In this document: piece after piece, positions 38,664-51,621 of the stretch
Numbering within the stretch: position 1 is the stretch's first letter
Layout of the letters: each line of letters starts with the position of its first letter
The notes under the pieces: model-generated
Seen by the model: only the letters and a program-made list of their open reading frames with translations
The model's database searches: none
Told to the model about the DNA's origin: nothing
Source: Eledone cirrhosa
Taxonomy: Eukaryota
DNA length: 64,000 bases
Assembly (NCBI GenBank): GCA_964016885.1
Contig: OZ024746.1
Location: 92,566,001-92,630,000, forward strand
Direction of reading: 5' to 3'
Position numbers and translations under genes: made by a program

Positions 38664-41600
38664 TTAGAAGAAGTTAATAGATGGATGATATATATGTGTG
38701 TATTGTATCACAGAAGTCACTATTGAAGCAGTTAAAAGCAATGTTGTGGTAAATAGCATCATACGACTTTATAGTGTTTTTAATATATAATTTATTTACA
38801 AACAGATTACAAAGGTTTAGCTGGCATGCCATAAGAAATGAATAGACAAATTAAGATGCTGTAAATTTAGACGCGGTCCGGTGGCTGAAGTAAGAAGCCA
38901 TGGCCGCGGTAAGTCGGGTAGCTACATTTTGGAATATTTGTTAAACAAAAACAAATAGGCATTACTTTCACGGGATCTAGATGCAAAGAGAAAGTTTATC
39001 GAAAAGAAGTGGGAATTTTTCCCTTTGGACGGAAGTCGAGATACATTTCCCTATGCTGGTAGCGATTGGCTGAACTGAGCCAAACAATGCACGGGAAAAA
39101 GTTATCCATGCGCCCAGGAAGGTAGGTCACTACAATACCCCCTATTTAGTCTGGAAGACGTTACATGAGATTGAATTAGTATTGATTACTAGCAGGAAAA
39201 CGCTGAAAGAGAGCACACCAATGAAAACATTGAACAAAAGAATGCATGCAAGAAAAAAAAGTGAGGCGGTAAGGGCCTTGTCAAGCCACTGTGTGAAATG
39301 ACTAGCTGTTTTACTATTTAAACGTGACCACCCGGGGTCTAACAGAAAACGGATAAAGTCTGACATGTGCAAAGTTGCTGTTCTTGCATTAAATGTTAGT
39401 TATGGTAATTGTTTTACCAGAGCTTTTATGGTAAATATTGTACCAGAACTGTGTAGCTGTTATGGTACGTGTTGTACCAGAGCTGTGTAGCTGTTATGGT
39501 AAATTTTGTACCAGAGCTGTGTAGCTGTTATGGTAAGTGTTGTACCAGAGCTGTGTAGCTGTTATGGTAAATGTTGTACCAGACCTGTGTGGATGAAGCT
39601 GTTATGGTAGTTTACCAGTAGCTGTTGTCAATGATGATGCTGTTTATGCTTTACCAGAGCTGTATAGTTGTTATGGCAAATGTAGTACCAGAGCTGTGTA
39701 GATGAAGCTGTTATGGTAAATGTTGTACCAGAGCTGTGTCGAAGCTGTTATGGTAGTTTACCAGTAGCTGTGTACGAGCAGGTATCTGCATTTGCGGATT
39801 GCCAATTCCGGTGAAGAGAGATCCAACGACTCTAGGATGGCTGTTATGCGGCCATAAGATGTGAGTCAATATTTGCAGGTGCTGGCAAGGAGTTGATGGG
39901 AAGGCGAGAAATTGTCAGTCTCCCAGTGAATTGCCAAAAGTGCTTGGCAGCCAGAAAAAGGGCTAAAGTTGCTTTGAAAAGAAAGTAAGTTGAATCTGTA
40001 GGTGGGTAGTAGTTGAAACTGTAATCCCATAATTCTGGTGAGTCAGTCGGAGAAACTGTGGGAACTAGTTACAGATCCAGTTCCATGAATGCTTTCCCAG
40101 TGAATCGGGTAAAGTGACAAGATGGAGGTGTTTATGCTATAGGACGATGAGTGTGCAACGAGATGCGAAGCTGAGTGAATCCAGCTGCCATTGGCAATTC
40201 TCGTGTTGCGGGGCCTGTGTGAGTCCAGGTGAATTAAGCTGCATGTAACGATAGCATGTTTCGGGACCTCAACCGGGTGAAAAGGGATCTCGCAGAATAT
40301 TACAACGTTTGAAGAACGTATATTATAGACAACAACATGTTGGTGTGTGACAAAGAAATGTGTGTGCGTATGCAGGCATGTCACATAGCAAAAGAAAATG
40401 TGTGCATGCAGTCATATATACAAGGATAGAAAAAAAATGAATGTTCATATAATACAGTTTAAAAGAAAGAAATGTTCAAACATTGCCTGTAAAAAAAGAG
40501 AAGAAATAATTGTTTTTTAACAAAAAGTTCAATTTTTCTTTTTTTTTTTCTTTTTTGGGGATAAGAATGTTATCGTTCTTACTAGGAAGCTAGTAGAGTT
40601 GTTGTTTTTGTTGCTGCTATCAAGTCACAGTAAATCTTCAGTAGAATCGAAGTCGAGTGTTGAAGAGAAATTTATGCCCAGCCTGGGGTCACCAATATGT
40701 GAACGCCACGTCTGACGCCATAGTGTGGCGAGAAGGCTGTAAGCTACATCATGTCGGACGTTAGAAAAATCGAGGAATCGTGAAGTTTTGTAAAGCAGTG
40801 AAAATTTCCAAGCGTCGAATTCACCATTATGCGGTGAGAAAGCTGTTGTTGTTTTAACTCTCGAGTCACCGTTGTAGCGAGAACGCTGTTGTTGTTTTAA
40901 CTCGGATCACCGTTTGTAGTGAGAAGGTTGTTGTTGTTTCGATTCTCGAATCACCTTTGTAGTAGATAATTGATGGTCACCAGTTGTAGCAGATAGAATG
41001 TAACACCAATTGTAGTGGATAGGTGTGTTGGGTTGCGTCGGTAAGGCTATAAAGCTGTCACATCGCTCTCCCCGTGTTTATAGTTAGTGGTTAACTGCTG
41101 CTGCTGTCGCTGCTGAAAGTTTTGTTGATGGTAGCCATGTTGAAAGGAAAAAGATTTTCCTCTCGCTGTAATTTTTTAAAATACGGCTAATTTTCTCTTT
41201 TCAAAGAATTGTTGTCATGTTATCAACAAGAAAGTTTTTACATGGTGTTGATACAATACAATACAAGAAAGCTTGCGTGTTCTCTTTTGTAAAAAATACT
41301 ACTTATTTTTTTTTAGGGGAACATTTAATTCGAAAATGTTCCCGCGACGGGGTTTCCAATTTGGAAGATGGTATTTTTAGAAGAAGTTAATAGATGGATG
41401 ATATATATGTGTGTATTGTATCACAGAAGTCACTATTGAAGCAGTTAAAAGCAATGTTGTGGTAAATAGCATCATACGACTTTATAGTGTTTTTAATATA
41501 TAATTTATTTACAAACAGATTACAAAGGTTTAGCTGGCATGCCATAAGAAATGAATAGACAAATTAAGATGCTGTAAATTTAGACGCGGTCCGGTGGCTG

Positions 41601-41690
41601 AAGTAAGAAGCCAAGGCCGCAAAAACAAATAGGTGTTACCTTCACGGGATCTAAATACAAGGCGAAAGTTTATCGAAAAGAAGCGGTGAG
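38664..41690 (-). mobile_element. Unclassified element bounded by ~245-bp near-identical direct repeats
   Basis: 38664-38907 matches 41377-41620 (1 mismatch seen), with looser similarity for ~65 bp more; internal 34-bp tandem repeat at 39410-39770. Confidence 0.5.
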
Positions 41691-42949
41691 GTGTGTGTGT
41701 GTGTGTGTGTGTGCGTGGATGTAACTGTGAGAGTCTGGGGGGAGAGCGGAGTTTCCAGCTTGGGTTTTGGAAAACATTGGGATGGAGTGTAACTCTGTGT
41801 GTGGATGAGGAGGGGTCGGATGAGGTGGGGGAGAGCGTGCGGAATCCGGAGGCGGAGTGGGTGTATGTGAGGATACACAAATCTGTGTTTGTGTGTTTGT
41901 GTAGTGTGGATACGTGGGAATGTATGGCTGCGTGTGTGCGAAAATGGTATGTTTGTGTGTGTTTATGTTCTTGAATGGTTTTCCGGTGTGTGTGTAGAAT
42001 GATGGCACAAATCCGGGTAGTAATCTCGTAGATATCCGAGCGTATAAACTTTGTGGTAGGATCCGTGGGAATGTGAGGAGGAAGTAGAAAGTAGTGGTGG
42101 TGGTACGGTTGTGTAGTAAGGTGTGTATGGGTGTGTACTTAGGTGTGAGTGAGTGTATATATGGTGGTGTGTGTGCGTGTGTGTGTTGTAAAGGGAAAGG
42201 AGTGTTGGGGGGTTAATATTATTAGTGGTGGGGTGGTGAAATGTGGATGTGTGGGTGGGGGTTAGTGGTGGTAGTAGGGTGTGTACATATGTGTGAGTGT
42301 ATATATATACTGGTGTGTGTGCGTCTTGAGGGTATGGGTGGGGGGGGGTATTATTAATGGTGGGGTGGACCAATGTGTGTGTGGGGTGGCTGGAAGTTGA
42401 GGGGACTGTTAATGTTGGGAGTGTTTTAGTGGTGTTAGTATGGGGTAGGGGATGGGGAGGAGGGAAGGGTCGAAGGCTAAATGAAGAGGGGTGGGGAGTT
42501 CAAACCGGGGGGTGCAGTTCTATAATGTGAAGATGGTGCTTTGTTCGGCCCTAAATTGGGCGACGGGGGTCCCATGGCACTCAATCAGCTCTCAGATGGT
42601 TAGGAGGGAAGGGAACCGGGAAGGAAACGGGGTAGGGGTAGGAAGCTATGGACGAGGAAGTTGCGGAGGTTTTGCGCGTGTTTGAATGAGCGGAGGGGTG
42701 GGAGTGGGAAGATGAGGGGCGTGGAGGCGTCGGAAGAGAATATACTCTAATATTCATATTACTACATATTCTCATATATTCTGTTGTTATGTGGTCCCAC
42801 ACCGGGGTGTGATTTTACAGATAGACACAGCCTGAGGTTCGTGAGGTGAAATAAATGAGGGACGCAAGAATACGTCGCTCTATACCGGTCGATCCTCCAC
42901 GGGGCTCACTCTATAATTATCCAGGAATTCCAGTGCAGATAATGTGCAG

Positions 42950-43335
42950 TTCCGTTAATGCCTGCATGTCATGATGACCTAGGATTTCAGGTTGACCGCG
43001 TTATCCTTTAATCTGATTATCTCCATGGCTTAGTCGGACATAGTCTGCATCGTCTCTCACCGGCGGAGTATGCATCTGCACGCTTAATAACACTCCAGTT
43101 GAGTTTTATGCTGTGCCACTATCTTTCAAGCCCCAGATTAAGTCCTCCAGTCTAATGGAGTGCCTCCTCGCCCGATCCTTGAAAGAATTCTTATGGTTGT
43201 ACATCCTCTACTTAAAAGTCGTGGATGTTGGACCGATGTAGATGTGCTTTGTGTTGTGTGTGTCAACCACACATTTATACAGGATGCTTTTCATTAGACA
43301 GTTCCCTTGTAGTGGGCATTGTGTACTATTGCGCG
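42950..43335 (-). mobile_element. Penelope-like GIY-YIG remnant (Naiad-like)
   Basis: Minus strand QCPLQGNCLMKSILYKCVV..HIYIGPTSTTFK*RMYNHKNSF..WSVIKRA.AY..CRLC..CRH. Confidence 0.8.
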
Positions 43336-43392
43336 TGTGTGTAGTTTCCGTGCGTTAAACCAACTTAGCAATCAATAAACATCTTTCTTTTA

Positions 43393-44755
43393 TCTCTCTA
43401 TATGAAATTATTTGTCTCTGTCTGTCTGTCTATATGTCTGTCTGTTCCTATGCATTCTCAAACGGCTCCCACAAATCAAATCAAATGTTACAAGGTAATA
43501 GTGTTAGACCTCAGGAGTGTCAACATGTAATTTTTATTTTCATTTCGATTAAAACAATATAACATTTTATCTACAATAATCTTTCTATAGTAATCAACTA
43601 TAGTAAAGGACATTTTATACCACCACCACGACAACGATGACGTCACATTTTGTATATGTGTCTGTAAGTGAGTGTGTGTTTGTGAGTTCTTTACGTACGT
43701 TAAGCCTCAGAGAATTAAACACCCACACACATACATATAGCCTTAGTAAGTTACATACACATTAACTTCACACACAGAGAATTACACACACACATCTAAT
43801 CATATATATGTGTTAACTGACAATTAATAGGTGTGCTTGAATGTATGTCTATGTGTGTCTGTCTTAATATATGTATGTGAGAGTGTATGTGTGTGTGATA
43901 TGCAAGTGTATGTGTGTGTGAGTGTATGTGCTTGTGAGTTATATGTGTGTGTGAGTGTATGTGATATAATTTTTATTTTAACGTTAGGCCTAAGAATTAA
44001 ACACACACACACATCTACACACACACATATATATATATAGCCTTAGTAAGTTTCATACACATTATCTTCACGCACAGACAATTAAACACACACACGTCTA
44101 CACATACAGATACATGTGTTGACAGACAAGTAATAGGTGTGCGTGAATGTAAGTCTGTGTGTGTCTGTCTTAGTACATGTGAGAGTGTGTGTGAGAGTGT
44201 ATGTGTGTGTGAGTGTATGTGTGTGTCAGTGTATGTGTGATAATTTTCATTTTCATTTGGATTAAAACAATAGAAAACAATAGAAAACAACATAATGATG
44301 TCACATTTTGTATATGAATATGTATGTGCCTGTGAGTGTTTGTGCGCGCGTTCATTAGGTACCTTATTACACACACATCTGCACGTGCACATACATATGT
44401 AGTGACTGACAAAAAAAATGAGGTGAAAAGTTGTGCGTGTGTCTGCATAAATGTACGTCTGTGTGTGTCTGTCTTAGTATATGTATGTGAGTGTATGTGA
44501 GAGTGTGTATCTGTGAGTGTGTAGCAACAGTTTATTTGGACACCAACAAAAAATGACAGTGAATATTGTTTACCTTAAGGTCCTTCAAGCTTGACAGATT
44601 TTCATTTCTAAATTCTATTATCATTACAATTTTTTTTAATAAAGTATACGTAAATATTTTGAAATAAATGAGAAAAAAAAACATCTTCATATTTATTTTT
44701 TACAAATCTGAATAAGAAAATCAGTAACCCGGGCAACGCCGTGTAATTCAGCTAG
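43393..44755 (+). mobile_element. Non-autonomous Helitron-like element
   Basis: A|TC 5' end with a (CTGT)n tract; 3' hairpin CCCGGGCAACGCCGTG followed by CTAG|T at 44752-56. Confidence 0.7.
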
Positions 44756-44810
44756 TATTATATATATAGATATATAGGCTGTTTATAAATTCTATCAGCA
44801 ATATATCATG

Positions 44811-44942
<132 letters not shown>

Positions 44943-45117
44943 TACCAACATATACGGTAGTGTCCAATCCGTATGAAGAACTCAATGTAATCCAAATATC
45001 ATGAAAAGAGAAGATGCATTCAAAAATTTTCGATGAAAATCATAGGAAAACAGTCAAGATAAATTAATAAAAACAATGAAATAAAAACAAAGAACAAGTT
45101 CCTTATATTAAAAAAAT

Positions 45118-45253
45118 TCATCATTTTACGATCGTTTCTAGGATGTATATGTATGTTGGTATGTATATCATATAGATCTATGTAAAAATATTACAAATTA
45201 TCAGAGGAAATATACATACCTTCACATATACATGCTGTCTTCAGAAATGATGA
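45118..45253 (-). ncRNA. Hammerhead ribozyme motif in the left pseudo-LTR
   Basis: Reverse-complement copy of 46291-46414 with an intact core. Confidence 0.8.
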
Positions 45254-46290
45254 GATTTGTTTATTGAAAAAAAACAACAAAGATTTAATATAAAAGGTCT
45301 GTTTGGGAACAGGTTTTTAATTGACCAATAGAAAAGTAGTTAGAGGTCAAGTTTATAGAATAGTGATAGTAGAAATTTAATTTAGGGGTAGATGAGTGCT
45401 GACTTATGTTTTGAATGAAAAGAATACTTTGAATGAAAAGAATACTTTTAGGTCAGGTTGTAATCGATATTCTTCTTTCTATAATTATTAATTGTTTCAG
45501 CCAAGGATGTTGTATTAGCTAATGCGGCATTTTTAAAACTATGTTTGTGGGTATTAAATCTTACTTTAAATTGGTTAGACGTAGCTCCTATATATGAATA
45601 AGTGGAGTCCTTAGTGCTAATTTTACATTCATAGACTATGTTATTAATAAGACAATTTGCCTTTAATGGGCAATTTCTTTTGATTCTACAGTTACAACCA
45701 TTCGTGAATATTATATCAGGGGAGTTATCCAAATTTGGTGTGGAATTTACTCGACTTGTTATAGGTGAAGGAGATGGTGGTTTGTTGCGGTTTATTTTAG
45801 TATTATGATGGGTTTGATGTGTTGGTGGTATATTTGTGGGGTTTTTACATTTATATTTTGTTGTATATTTTTGGTAGTGGAGTAGTAAAATTTAACAGTT
45901 GATCTATTTAAAATTTGATGGTATTTATGGTTTGGCGGGAAATTTTTCTCTAGGATAGTAAACAATTTTTTAGGGATATTATCTTTAATTTGTAGATTAA
46001 ATGGAGCATTATACCAAGTGACCCGTCTATTACGGTTTCGATATTGTTTTTTATATTTATACGATGTATCAGGATGTTTACTAAGAGAGTTACTATTGGT
46101 GAATTTATTATATATAGGTTTAGTTAGATGAACTGATTTAGGTATTTTAGTCTGATTACTAGGAATTTTGTTAGTAATGTTGTTAACATATATTTGACCT
46201 CTAACTACTTTTCTATTGGTCAATTAAAACCTGTTCCCAAACAGACCTTTTATATTAAATCTTTGTTGGTTTTTTTTCAATAAACAAATC

Positions 46291-46414
46291 TCATCATTTC
46301 TGAAGACAGCATGTATATGTGAAGGTATGTATATTTCCTCTGATAATTTATAATATTTTTACAAATTATCATACAACACACATATACATCCTAGAAACGA
46401 TCGTAAAATGATGA
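46291..46414 (+). ncRNA. Hammerhead ribozyme motif in the right pseudo-LTR
   Basis: TCATCATTT-CTGAAGA-stem II (ATGTATATGTG/CACATATACAT)-GAAAC GATC GTA-AAATGATGA; 9-bp perfect stem I; predicted cut after 46405. Confidence 0.85.
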
Positions 46415-46504
46415 ATTTTTTAATATAAGGAACTTATTCTATGTTTTTATTTCATTGTTTTTATTAATTTATATATTTATATATATAAATATATATATAT
46501 ATAT

Positions 46505-46590
46505 AGGGTGTCCCCCAGAAATGAATACACACGTTAACCACATTCTAATCGAGGTATGTATACATTATTTAGTTCATTAGAGACACCCTG
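46505..46590. mobile_element. Tiny Tc1/mariner-type MITE
   Basis: AGGGTGTCCC ... GAGACACCCTG-TA termini. Confidence 0.55.
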
Positions 46591-47536
46591 TATATGTAAA
46601 GTGATTGTAAGTGGAATCTTTTTTTCCAAAGATATAACGTTCATTTTTAATGATAGACATAATACATCAAGTGACAGAAGGTAATTATTTAATGCATACA
46701 ACATCCAATGTAATTAATAAAAATGATTATTTATGTCTTCCGCCATCAATCATTGCTATATATATATATGTGGTTAGAGACAAGACATATGTTTAATTTT
46801 GTACCATTCATGACATCCTTTACTTAGAATGTAATATAATAATTGTTTCTACTTTTGGCACAAGGCCAGTAATTACCCAGTGCATTACTGGTACTTTATT
46901 TTATCGACCCGTAAGGATGAAAGGCAAAGTAAACCTCGGCGGGATTTGAACTCAGAATGGCAAGGACCGTAACTCTATGCGTCAAAGCATGGCGTCAGAC
47001 CCTCTACCGATACTGCCAATCCAATACATTCATTAGCTGTCAACAATTGGTGTCATATAAATTGTAGAAGAAAAATTGTAAAATATTATCTACATCTGTT
47101 CATCAATATTGGTGACACTTCATTATGTAAATACCTCTTTACAGGTAATTAATACCTCAAACTTACTTCGCTGCTTTCTCCTTTTAACAGTAAGTGAAGT
47201 TTTCCAAACCTTTCCTTTTTGAGTTTTTAATCATTATATAATTCTGCCATAATAATTGGTATAATAGGATTTGCCTCGCCTATCATAAAAAACGTGGTGG
47301 AAACAACTAACGACAAACATCCTTAAAAGAGGGTCCCTAATTATTCTAGATATGTAATATCCACACACACACAGACTCTCACACACACACACACTTGTAC
47401 ACATATAGATATACTGTAGTTTAAGTTTAGTAGAAATATTCAAGTATCTGTTTATGTCACTGTTGTAGATAATAATATTTAACTCGTGCTATGTACTGGG
47501 TAGTACATAGCACGAGTTAAATATTATTATCTACAA

Positions 47537-47684
47537 CAGTGACATAAACAGATACTTAAGTTTTGTTGGGTTATACACTTGAACACATTCATACTGTTAT
47601 ATAAAATAATGTGTTATGTATAATAGACTGAACAGGTTGGGGGTGTATAACCCCACGAATCTTAAGTACCCGTATATGTCACTG
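47537..47684. mobile_element. MITE with ~42-bp TIRs (present in both arms; mate ~60719-60866)
   Basis: CAGTGACATAAACAGATACTTAAG..GGGTTATACAC / GTGTATAACCCC..CTTAAGTACCCGTATATGTCACTG. Confidence 0.7.
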
Positions 47685-48005
47685 AAACCAAGCATCAAAA
47701 TGTAAAGAAAGCATGTAAAGAATATTGAGACGTTGGTTTTACTTTTTTAATATTTTTGTTTTATTTTTATTCTTCTGTATGTGTTAAGTAACTCAACGTA
47801 TCTATCAATTTTTCCAGATAAAATAGAGATTTATTGTTTGAGAACCATTTAAATTATTAATTGTTTGGTTCTTCGTACTGGGGCACTATATTTGTCTCCA
47901 TAGAAACAATTGTTGAAACTGGGGCCACTAGTTGGGACTCCCTATCCTGTCTAGAATTCAGTAATTTCTTTACCGTTAAGATTTCTCGTACTTCCATGGC
48001 ACAAG

Positions 48006-48071
48006 TATATATACCGTTTATGTTGGATGGTTTAACTAATAGATAGATCTACTAATTCCGATTTGCAGAAC
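48006..48071 (+). promoter_or_regulatory. Candidate TATA box and short non-coding first exon of the left Cys-rich gene (mate ~60332-60397, minus strand)
   Basis: TATATATA at ~48006 and a possible GTAATG donor at 48072. The signal exon begins directly after an AG acceptor, so an upstream exon is expected. The region is nearly identical in both arms. Confidence 0.4.
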
Positions 48072-48098
48072 GTAATGCAATAAGTAAAAGCACTCTTG

Positions 48099-48164
<66 letters not shown>

Positions 48165-48165
48165 C

Positions 48166-48202
<37 letters not shown>

Positions 48203-50108
48203 TGTTTCTTTTATTTGCCACCAGGGCATCAAAAGTGGGACAAGTACAATGGGGGGAGTTTACAAAACAAGGCGTCCTCAATAAGGAGGAGGCAATAACA
48301 ATATATAAAAATAAAATAAAATATAACAAAAAATAAAATTTATAACAAAGTCCTCAATAGAGAGGAGGCGCCTTGGGGGGTCGCACACACCCCCGAAAAA
48401 AGTGTGCAACCCTTCTCCTCAGGAGCACAGAGAAGGGGTGCTCCCTCGGTCTTTCATCTTCCTCACCTATAGTCTGATGTAGAGTGAAGGCCCATTCACA
48501 CGGGCCATTCTCGCCACTTTCACCCATCTTTCATAGAAACGGCTGGGGTGCAGCACCTCTCTCTCAATCCTGATCCTTCTTCCGAAATGATATCGGAAGA
48601 AACGGACCAGTTGTTGGCCAGAGAGAAAGGTGTCTGACCTCAGTCCTTTCAGACGCGTCCACCATACAACCCCTTTCGCCATGGCTATTACGCACAGAAA
48701 CACCGCCTCTCCTTCGTTTTTGAAGAGGGGAGGCGGCTTGATCGTTACAATAGACTCGGTGGTCAACCGGATCGGTCCCACCCTTGACAGCAGTTGTTCG
48801 ACATAGCCCCACAGATCGGCAATGCCCGAGCAGTGTACCAATGCGTGTGCAACGGTTTCCTCGTCGCACACGCATCTGGGACAGACCTTTTTCGATGGGT
48901 CCCTACCCGGGCGCCCGTGTCTGTAGAGCCTTTCTCGAACGGGCAGAGCCCTTCTGTAGCATTGCCAGGCCAGGGACCTCTGGAAGTTATCCATGGGTCC
49001 CGGGCTGAATGTCCTACCGAACAGGTTGGCCAGTTCGTCTTCCTCCATGCCTAGGGTTTCTCCGAGGGCGTCGTCGCACCTGCTAACCACCAGCCCTCTA
49101 TAGAATGACGAGGTGGATTCTCCACTGACAGCCGGGTCCGCCTGCCAGAGAGCCGTGAGCGCCTGGGCACACTCGGTGTGCCAGGCGCCCAATTTTCTCG
49201 GTCTTTGCTTGACCCAGGATTGCAGCTCGGTGAGTGAGACGAGTCTGGGAAAGGCTCGCCTCACAAACGGGGCCCACACCGGTTGACCGGAGAGGAATAC
49301 CTGAAGGTGCCGTAGCCTTAATGCGTGTTTACGTATCATTAGCCACGGCATCCCCAGCCCTCCTTTCGAAGGGTGTTGACAGCAGATGGATCTCCTCACC
49401 ATAGGAGCCCGCTTCTTCCAAAGGAATTGGAAGAGTGCGCGCTCCATTTTGGCGAGCGTTTCCCTTGGGCAAGGCACCACGGTCAGGCGGTAGTAGATGA
49501 CGGACGCTATATAAGTGTTCGCCACCTCCGCCCGTCCTTTCAGGGACAGTTTGCACTCGGCCCACTTCTGGGTCAGTGAAAACACCCTGTTCGTCACCTC
49601 ACCCCAGTTCTTCTCCACCTGGAGGTCTGGTCCGAACCAGACCCCGAGAAACTTCACCGGGCCCTCCGTCCAGCGCCCGACGACGCCATCGGAGGGCATC
49701 GATCTGCCCCTCCACGTGCCGAGTTGCAGACCGATCGACTTGTCCCGGTTCAGCTTAGCCCCTGTAAACCTTTCATACTCCTCCAGTAAGGTGCCGATCG
49801 CCCCGATTTCCGAGGCCGTCGACACCATTACTGTTACGTCATCGGCGTAGGCTGACACCGCTTTCCGCAATCCCGGTTCCAACGGGATGCCCTGCAACAA
49901 CTCCAACTTCTGCAGCAGTGGTTCTAGAGTCACTACATACAGAAGGGAGGAGAGAGGGCACCCCTGTCGGATGGACCGCGCGATTTCGAACGGCTCCGAG
50001 AGGTAGCCGTTCACCTTGACCCTAGAGCAGATGCGGCTGCTGTGCATGGCATTGATCCAGCCCCTGAAAACGGGTCCGAAGCCTGCCGCCGCTAGCACCG
50101 CATCCAGG

Positions 50109-50109
<1 letters not shown>
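48203..50109 (-). mobile_element. 5'-truncated Tx1/L1-group LINE (RT + CCHC zinc finger) inserted in (GATA)n
   Basis: Uninterrupted 543-aa ORF 48467..50098 with RQGCPLS, YADDV and CPRC..ET..HALVHC; AATAAA at the 3' end; absent from the right arm. Confidence 0.95.
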
Positions 50110-50171
<62 letters not shown>

Positions 50172-50216
50172 AGTGAAATTACCAGTGACTAATTCGAATG
50201 ACATATGTACTTTCAG

Positions 50217-50292
50217 GTGAATACTTTGATGATATTTTCGCTCTCATTGATGTCTTTGTATGCAGTAAATGCTGCAAATGACGTTGAACAGG
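50217..50292 (+). CDS. Secreted Cys-rich protein, left paralog, signal-peptide exon: (V)NTLMIFSLSLMSLYAVNA-ANDVEQ
   Basis: TTTCAG acceptor, GTAAGA donor, ends phase 1; first codon is GTG where the right paralog has ATG, with an in-frame ATG at codon 5. Confidence 0.75.
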
Positions 50293-50998
50293 GTAAGATA
50301 AAAATATTTGCATAACTAACCATTTAAAATATATCTTAAAGAGAACCCTGCACATTCTTTCCTCTACAGTTATCTCGTGGCTTAATAGTTAGGGGTGTTC
50401 GGCTCTTGAGTGTAAGGTCATGAGTTCAATTCCCGAAAGTGTTGTGTCATTAAGAGATACACTTTGTTTCACATTGTTCCTGTCCAGTCGGCTGGTAAAA
50501 ATGCTTTGTTCCCATAATTCAAAAACCCATTCTTGTCACATACTGTGCAATATTTCACGTGTTTGTGGAATTCTAAGCCATTTACACGTTAATCTCACGA
50601 GCAAGTCGTTCAGTTGTACGAATAACTGGAACACTTATCGCCGTAACCGATGGAGTGTCCAGCATCAACAACAGTGTTCTCATATTTTAAAGTCTACCTT
50701 TATGGATATATATATATTCATCATGCTATTATATTCTGTGTCTATGAGAGACATCAAATTTTGGGTTATATAAAATACGGTGTGTCATGAGCATTTCAAA
50801 CCTGAGGAACCTCTCCAGGTCGGTACAGAGCAGATTTCTTCCAGGGAAGGAGAGAGTGATAGAGAGAAATAGTTATAGATGAAGACTTTACCTCAGAAAT
50901 GGACTGGTACTGTTTTTATCTACATCAAAGAGATGAAAGGCAAAATTGATCTTCACGTGATTTGAATTCAGAGTGCAAAGAGCTTCAACGAATACTGT

Positions 50999-51621
50999 TG
51001 TAGTGACCTACATTCCGCGGGCTCACATACATTCTCTGTGCGTGATTTGGCTCAGCTCAGCCTATCAGCGCCAGTAGAAGAGAATGTATCCCTACGCGCC
51101 CTGAGGGAAAAATTCCCGTGTGGATTTGAGAAATCTCTCTCTTGCACGCTGACTTCGAAAAGGTAAACGCCTAACTTTCTTTCGTCGTGAAATCACTAGC
51201 CAACATGTAACACAATAACTTAACCATGGCCTGGCAACACTTCAGCCAGTAGACCGTGTCTCCTGAACTCTTAATTCGTTTGTTTTATCTCTCATGGCAT
51301 GCCAGCTACTCAGCTCCACTCAGCTCAACCTTATTAATAAATAATGTAAAACAAGCAAAGTCGTTGTCGATATTCCTAACATCTTACTACCAAACTGTTA
51401 CCACAGCAATGCCTTTAAATGTGATATGGAAGGATTCCTTCCAGAGGTATTATCACAGCAGCAACAGAACCTGAGACTTACAGCCTAACCTCGAATCTTC
51501 GTATTGATACATCTTCTCCTAAAACCATCCTATTAAAACTGGTGACTTTCAACGCAGGAGTATTTAAGTACGAAATGCTCCTTTAAAATATATATATACA
51601 TCAACCCAACATCCTGTTAAA
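50999..51621 (+). mobile_element. Solo-LTR-like insertion (TGTAG...GTTAAA) with CTGT TSD
   Basis: Empty site AATA-CTGT-AAAG is preserved in the right arm (~58863-58874); CTGT at 50995-98 and 51622-25. Confidence 0.75.

Larger units (their letters stand above)
45059..46472 (-). mobile_element. Penelope-like element (Naiad-like linker + GIY-YIG) with ~290-bp inverted pseudo-LTRs
   Basis: RRVTWYNAPF..NFPPNHKYHQILNR and CNCRIKRNCPLKANC..IVY..YIGAT..FKVRFNTHKHSF; 45059-45351 is the reverse complement of 46194-46472. Confidence 0.85.

Noticed and set aside
47861-48046. 61-aa ORF identical in both arms
   Set aside because: TTG start, no recognisable motif, and zero synonymous change; its identity is explained by the near-identical upstream region.
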